From an uncultured virus (IMG/VR IMGVR_UViG_3300018475_001996) (lineage: Duplodnaviria; Heunggongvirae; Uroviricota; Caudoviricetes): a stretch of 20,000 bases of DNA. Below the pieces are notes generated by a model. That model saw nothing but the letters and a program-made list of their open reading frames with translations, made no database searches and was not told where the DNA came from. Shown here in pieces: positions 16,232 to 20,000 of this stretch; within the stretch, counting starts at the first letter, position 1; each line of letters opens with the position of its first letter. The stretch lies in IMG/VR virus record IMGVR_UViG_3300018475_001996, positions 116,627 through 136,626 of that record; one strand, written 5' to 3'. The position numbers and the translations under genes were made by a program.

Positions 16232-16239
16232 TATTTATA
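16232..16239 (-). promoter_or_regulatory. T4-type late promoter TATAAATA
   Basis: Exact T4 late consensus, between a terminator and ATG 16221. The AT-rich context means a chance match is possible. Confidence 0.5.
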
Positions 16240-16243
16240 AAAT

Positions 16244-16267
16244 AAAAACCCTCGGTGTTCCCGAGGG
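16244..16267 (-). terminator. intrinsic terminator after the sigma gene
   Basis: Stem CCCTCGG/CCGAGGG followed by T5 on the minus strand. Confidence 0.8.
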
Positions 16268-16277
16268 CCGTTAAAAT

Positions 16278-17105
16278 CTACTCTAGCGGAAACTCGTCCC
16301 GCGGAATCTTCTTCTTCAATCGCCTCAACGCCTTGTTCTTTATCTGTCGCACTCTTTCCCTTGAATAACCCGTAAGATCGCCGACATCTCCCAATGTATA
16401 ATCCTTACCGTTAGTGCCGAAGAATAAATTCAGAATATCATTTTCTTTTGTCGTTGTATTGGTCAGTACATACTGCTTGAGTAACTTGTTACGGTTGGTA
16501 ACCAAATACTTCTGCTGTGCGTTGGACTTCTGGTCTGGTACAATATCATTCAGCGTATGATCTGTTTCCATGTTCATCCCGTGTTCACGCATCGTCACCG
16601 GTGTTTCCAATGAAATCGGTTCGAACGTATTCTGGATAAGTTTCATCGTATCGAGTTCCGCCTTGTTCTTTACCAAGTCTTCAAGCGGTAACCCTGTCTC
16701 ACGCATATTACGCTGGAGTTCGAAGTAACGGTACTGCTGGTTGGACGGGATATGAATGAGTCGGCTCTTGCCGATAATGAATGCCAGCATGCTTTGACGA
16801 ATCCACCATACCGCGTATGAAATGAACCTGATGTTACGCGAGGCATCGTATGTATTGATTGCATGGTACATGCCGGCCATGCCTTCGTTAACAAGATCTG
16901 CAAGACTGTAGTTTTTGCCGGTATATTTCTTAGCACATGAGACAACGAATAATAAATGACTGTTAGCTATCTTCTTGACAGCTGCTTGTCTGACGAGTTT
17001 ATCCTTTGTTGACTTGATAATCGAAAAACATGCCGCCTCTTCTTTATCTGTCATATGGCGGGTGTTTCGAATATCTCTCATGAACTGTTCAAATAGATAT
17101 TCCAT
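16278..17105 (-). CDS. RNA polymerase sigma70-family factor (RpoD/RpoS-like, regions 1.2-4)
   Basis: LLFVVSCAKKY, DLVNEG, RFISYAVWWIRQ, SLETPV and region 4 HTH TLGDVGDLTGYSRERVRQI. Confidence 0.92.
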   Translation of the reverse strand: MEYLFEQFMRDIRNTRHMTDKEEAACFSIIKSTKDKLVRQAAVKKIANSHLLFVVSCAKKYTGKNYSLADLVNEGMAGMYHAINTYDASRNIRFISYAVWWIRQSMLAFIIGKSRLIHIPSNQQYRYFELQRNMRETGLPLEDLVKNKAELDTMKLIQNTFEPISLETPVTMREHGMNMETDHTLNDIVPDQKSNAQQKYLVTNRNKLLKQYVLTNTTTKENDILNLFFGTNGKDYTLGDVGDLTGYSRERVRQIKNKALRRLKKKIPRDEFPLE

Positions 17106-17107
17106 AA

Positions 17108-17242
17108 TTATTTCTCCGGCTTTCGCTTCTGTCTTTTTACGTGAAGCTTATTACGGACAGGAAGAACACAGCTGGTTGTATGTGTCACAAACAGGTTAAA
17201 TATTGTTTTGCTATGCTCTTCTGTCCATAAACTTTTAATCAT
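17108..17242 (-). CDS. possible 44-aa basic leaderless ORF (MIKSLWTEEH…) upstream of the sigma gene
   Basis: ATG 7 nt after a promoter -10, and the ORF ends 2 nt before the sigma ATG. It could instead be a 5' UTR. Confidence 0.35.
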   Translation of the reverse strand: MIKSLWTEEHSKTIFNLFVTHTTSCVLPVRNKLHVKRQKRKPEK

Positions 17243-17249
17243 ATTTTTC

Positions 17250-17280
17250 AATATAGCATACGTTTTTTGTTTTGTAAACC
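17250..17280 (-). promoter_or_regulatory. promoter GGTTTACA-N17-TATATT driving the sigma gene
   Basis: -35 at 17273-17278 and -10 at 17250-17255. Confidence 0.75.
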
Positions 17281-17293
17281 CCTTTGGCCATAT

Positions 17294-17325
17294 AAAAAAC
17301 CCCATGTGACCGAAATCACATGGGG
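17294..17325 (-). terminator. intrinsic terminator
   Basis: 10-bp stem CCCCATGTGA/TCACATGGGG with a TTTCGG loop and T6 on the minus strand. Confidence 0.88.
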
Positions 17326-17384
17326 CCAAACCAACTACTCATCGTAGCAAAGGAGTCGTAACAATATGGCAAACAATCACGACC
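17294..17384 (-). ncRNA. putative ~90-nt small RNA
   Basis: Own promoter (17390-17420) and terminator (17294-17325) with no substantial ORF between them. Has a 5' hairpin GUCGUGA/UUACGAC and an anti-SD segment ACUCCUUU. Confidence 0.55.
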
Positions 17385-17389
17385 TTTAT

Positions 17390-17420
17390 AATATAGCAAA
17401 TAATTTTTCTTTCGTAAACC
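17390..17420 (-). promoter_or_regulatory. promoter GGTTTACG-N17-TATATT
   Basis: -35 at 17413-17418 and -10 at 17390-17395, with TTTGC just upstream of the -10. Confidence 0.75.
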
Positions 17421-17437
17421 CCCCGGAGGCAAAAAAA

Positions 17438-18286
17438 TTATACTGCTACAGGGAACTTAATAGCCGGATGACTCTGGTAATCTTTCAATTCGAAATCGGT
17501 ATACTTCCAGTCCCAGATAGTCCAGTTAGGATCGTCCGTGTTAAGGATCTCTACTGACGGAGGTGTCATAGGCTCGCGAGTCAACTGTTCCCTCACACCA
17601 TCAAGCTGGTTGACATAGATGTGGGAATCCGCGAAGAAACCGATAACCTTGCCAGGCTTCATCTTTACCTGCTTGCAGATCAACGTGAGCAACATGGCAT
17701 AAGATGCCAGGTCATATGGAACTCCGAGAGGAAAATCAGAACTACGCTGATTCCAGAGCAAATCAACGTAACCGTCATTAGACAGTAACTGGAAACAGTA
17801 GTGACAAGGAGGCAATGCCATTTCACCTAACTGCTGTGGGTTCCAGGCGGAGACCAACATACGTCTATCGGTAGGATTGGTCTGTAACGTGTGAATCACA
17901 TTCTTCAACTGGTTGATGCCTGAATCGTTGAAGTTGTTCCACTGGTAACCGTAGATTTTACCCAGGTCGTTTTCAGCGGCCATCTTCTTTTTGGTTTCTT
18001 CATCATTACCGTAAGGAACCTTAGCCGGGTTGGCCCACTCGTCCCAGATATGGCAGTTACGTTCCTTGAGGAATTCCTTATTGGCGATGCCCTTGATGAA
18101 CATCTCCAGTTCGGCGCATATATTCTTCAGTCCCATTTTCTTCGTGGTTAACAAAGGGAACTTTCCTGTAGACATATCGAATTCAATCATTGAACCCGAG
18201 ATTGACAAAGTGTCCACACCTGTACGGTTATGTTTAATCTTTCCTTCCTTAAGAATTCTATCAAGTATGTCAAGATACTGTTTCAT
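17438..18286 (-). CDS. thyA: thymidylate synthase-family enzyme with Asn-to-Asp at the base-specificity site (possible dCMP methylase/hydroxymethylase)
   Basis: FPLLTTKK, IWDEWA, IYGYQW, RRMLVSAWNP, catalytic ALPPCH, QRSSD and HIY. It has GVPYDLASY instead of the canonical GxPFNIASY. Confidence 0.9.
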   Translation of the reverse strand: MKQYLDILDRILKEGKIKHNRTGVDTLSISGSMIEFDMSTGKFPLLTTKKMGLKNICAELEMFIKGIANKEFLKERNCHIWDEWANPAKVPYGNDEETKKKMAAENDLGKIYGYQWNNFNDSGINQLKNVIHTLQTNPTDRRMLVSAWNPQQLGEMALPPCHYCFQLLSNDGYVDLLWNQRSSDFPLGVPYDLASYAMLLTLICKQVKMKPGKVIGFFADSHIYVNQLDGVREQLTREPMTPPSVEILNTDDPNWTIWDWKYTDFELKDYQSHPAIKFPVAV

Positions 18287-18287
18287 G

Positions 18288-18803
18288 TTATTTCTCCATA
18301 TGCTTGATTAGTGCGTCAATGAATCTCTGCGCGATAACGTCATGTGATGCGTAGTGATCGCCATCATTGACCTTAATCATAAGTTTGTTTAATTTCGATT
18401 CCTGGAACTTCTTGATGAAGTCCTCTTGTTCTTCCTGTCTACGGCTGAAGTCATGGGACTGACCGTCATCCTGCATGATATTGAAATCCGTAGTATAGAG
18501 AAGGATGAAGATCGTGTTATACAGTTCGTCCCTGTATGAATCTTCCATGATGCGTACGTAGTTAGGACTGTAATCCCTGTAACGTGGCGCATAGATGAGT
18601 TCGTCCCAATGCCCGCGGTTAAATACCACGTTGTTCTGGTAAGCCAGCGTCATGAAGTAATCCAGGTACTGAGACTTGGACCAGATAAGAGGATCCTTAT
18701 CCTTAGGAGGCTTGTCCAGATGAATCTGCTTATAGCCTTTCAATACGTTATCAATAAAGGTATTCTTTCCAATGCGGTCGATTCCAGTAACTACGAAATT
18801 CAT
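18288..18803 (-). CDS. deoxynucleoside monophosphate kinase (thymidylate kinase-like)
   Basis: N-terminal P-loop GIDRIGKNT and FNRGHWDELIY (DR-motif equivalent). Coupled to thyA. Confidence 0.75.
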   Translation of the reverse strand: MNFVVTGIDRIGKNTFIDNVLKGYKQIHLDKPPKDKDPLIWSKSQYLDYFMTLAYQNNVVFNRGHWDELIYAPRYRDYSPNYVRIMEDSYRDELYNTIFILLYTTDFNIMQDDGQSHDFSRRQEEQEDFIKKFQESKLNKLMIKVNDGDHYASHDVIAQRFIDALIKHMEK

Positions 18804-19843
18804 TAAGACTGCTCCTTGTAACTGTTATACAATTCAGTAAAGCTTGCATACAGTTCATCTTTGTTCAACGGTGTATCATGTTGTTCAAGGTATGTCTTAA
18901 ACAATGACATGATATTATTAAGTGTCTCGCCCGACAGTTCAACTTCCTCTGTGGTGTCGTCCGCGGGCAGGATATTGATATTGACTGGATATGCCGGTTT
19001 CAATTTCTCAAGCTTATCCACGAGCGAATAGATCTTCTTCGTCTGGTCAGAGAGTTCAAAAGGTATCTCCAGGTCAACAACATTACCCGCGATGACAGAC
19101 AGGTCTACGTCCGGGAAGGTATGCTTGGTGAACTTAATGGACTGCGTATTCTCGTGTAACACGTCTTCGTTGGTGTCCAGGTCAAGTATGTGGTAACCCT
19201 TGGTGTCTCCGCGGTCTATTCTAGTAAGCTGGTATGGCGAACCGAGATATGTAATGGACTTGTTCTTCTCGTACTTCCTGGTATAGCCGTTATGGTAATG
19301 ACCCGAATAGACATGATCTATATGGTCGAGGAGTGTAGAAGCCATGAGACCCGAATCCGAAAGACGACCGCCCATGTTGAAACCGATAATATCAGCGTGG
19401 CAGAAGCAATACTCGTGATGCCCGGGTACTATCTCCTCGAACTTGGAGTAGTCAGTAATCCAGGGAAGCATAAGTATGTTATGTCCGTCCAGTGTAATTT
19501 CCGTGGGCTTTTCATACACGGTAACGTGAGGCATCAGGTCAAGAACCTTCAGGCTGTTTACCTCTGTGGTAGTAGTCATGTACATGTCGTGGTTACCTAC
19601 TATAACATGTATGTCAAAATCCTTCAGCGTATTCTTGAACAGATCGATGACCACGTTATCTGTCTGAACGTTAACTGCCTGGCGAGTGTCGAAGACGTCG
19701 CCAAGTATGAATAGCTTGGTAATACCTGCAGCCTTGAGCTCAGGAACCAGTTGGTCAGTAAAAAACTTTAATTGTGAACGCTGGAAGATAGAATCTGATT
19801 TTTTAATTCCAGCATGCAAGTCTGCTATCAATGCTATTTTCAT
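18803..19843 (-). CDS. gp47: recombination nuclease subunit, Mre11/SbcD-like (T4 gp47-like)
   Basis: ADLH, GDVFD, GNHD, SGHYH and GSPY metallophosphoesterase motifs. Confidence 0.9.
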   Translation of the reverse strand: MKIALIADLHAGIKKSDSIFQRSQLKFFTDQLVPELKAAGITKLFILGDVFDTRQAVNVQTDNVVIDLFKNTLKDFDIHVIVGNHDMYMTTTTEVNSLKVLDLMPHVTVYEKPTEITLDGHNILMLPWITDYSKFEEIVPGHHEYCFCHADIIGFNMGGRLSDSGLMASTLLDHIDHVYSGHYHNGYTRKYEKNKSITYLGSPYQLTRIDRGDTKGYHILDLDTNEDVLHENTQSIKFTKHTFPDVDLSVIAGNVVDLEIPFELSDQTKKIYSLVDKLEKLKPAYPVNINILPADDTTEEVELSGETLNNIMSLFKTYLEQHDTPLNKDELYASFTELYNSYKEQS

Positions 19844-19914
19844 ATACGATGTAAATGTAGTAAAATATTTGCGATGGTCTTATATAGTATATGTTAAACT
19901 TCTGAATATTTACA

Positions 19915-19935
19915 ATCTACTAACGATCTACTAAC
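19915..19935. repeat. tandem ATCTACTAAC x2 (11-bp period) upstream of gp47
   Basis: Copies at 19915-19924 and 19926-19935. Resembles the ATCTATTAAG array core, in the same orientation. Confidence 0.5.
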
Positions 19936-20000
19936 AATGTGAATAATAATGGCTCCCAATTTATTACGGGAAATATATATGCCGAAGAAAGTAGCATATA

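Noticed and set aside
17366..17557. + strand 63-aa ORF with a strong SD, as a protein-coding gene
   Set aside because: It runs antisense through a promoter and 120 nt of thyA, and no + strand promoter is evident. It is kept only as a possible target or mimic in the sRNA finding.
17438..18286. Group I intron or intein in thyA (as in T4 td) or in the helicase
   Set aside because: Both ORFs are continuous and of normal length.
71..19934. Numerous antisense or alternate-frame ORFs (e.g. 71..568, 3809..4264, 4563..5048, 14310..14840, 19190..19714)
   Set aside because: They are shadows of well-supported genes on the opposite strand or frame, with no motifs or initiation signals.
19949..20000. Start of a + strand gene at the window edge (…MPKKVAY)
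   Set aside because: Only 7-17 codons are visible with no clear SD, so it cannot be supported from this window.

Overview
Fragment of a large T4-like (distant Tevenvirinae-like) dsDNA phage. From about 3.8 kb to the right end, the minus strand carries a reshuffled replication/nucleotide module. In transcription order it encodes gp47-like nuclease, dNMP kinase, a thymidylate-synthase homologue, a full-length sigma70-family factor, an AAA ATPase, gp41 helicase, putative gp33/gp59, gp32 SSB, DHH phosphoesterase, an AEP-type primase-like protein, PD-(D/E)XK nuclease, gp45 clamp and gp44/gp62 clamp loader. A thioredoxin-like gene and a GT-A glycosyltransferase gene lie between gp44 and gp62. At 3.17-3.8 kb a non-coding iteron-like array with AT-rich palindromes coincides with an apparent strand-composition switch (probable origin). 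The left 3 kb holds two convergent clusters of small paralogous genes. Most notable signals: (1) the ThyA homologue has Asp at the Asn position that sets dUMP versus dCMP specificity, suggesting a cytosine-modification pathway; (2) the array core motif TCWATTAAG recurs on one strand only across the window; (3) a ~90-nt unit flanked by a promoter and a terminator, antisense to an RBS+ATG; (4) a repeated 'LEVLG' stop/start/SD coupling cassette. All calls are by-eye motif recognition; no database searches were run.
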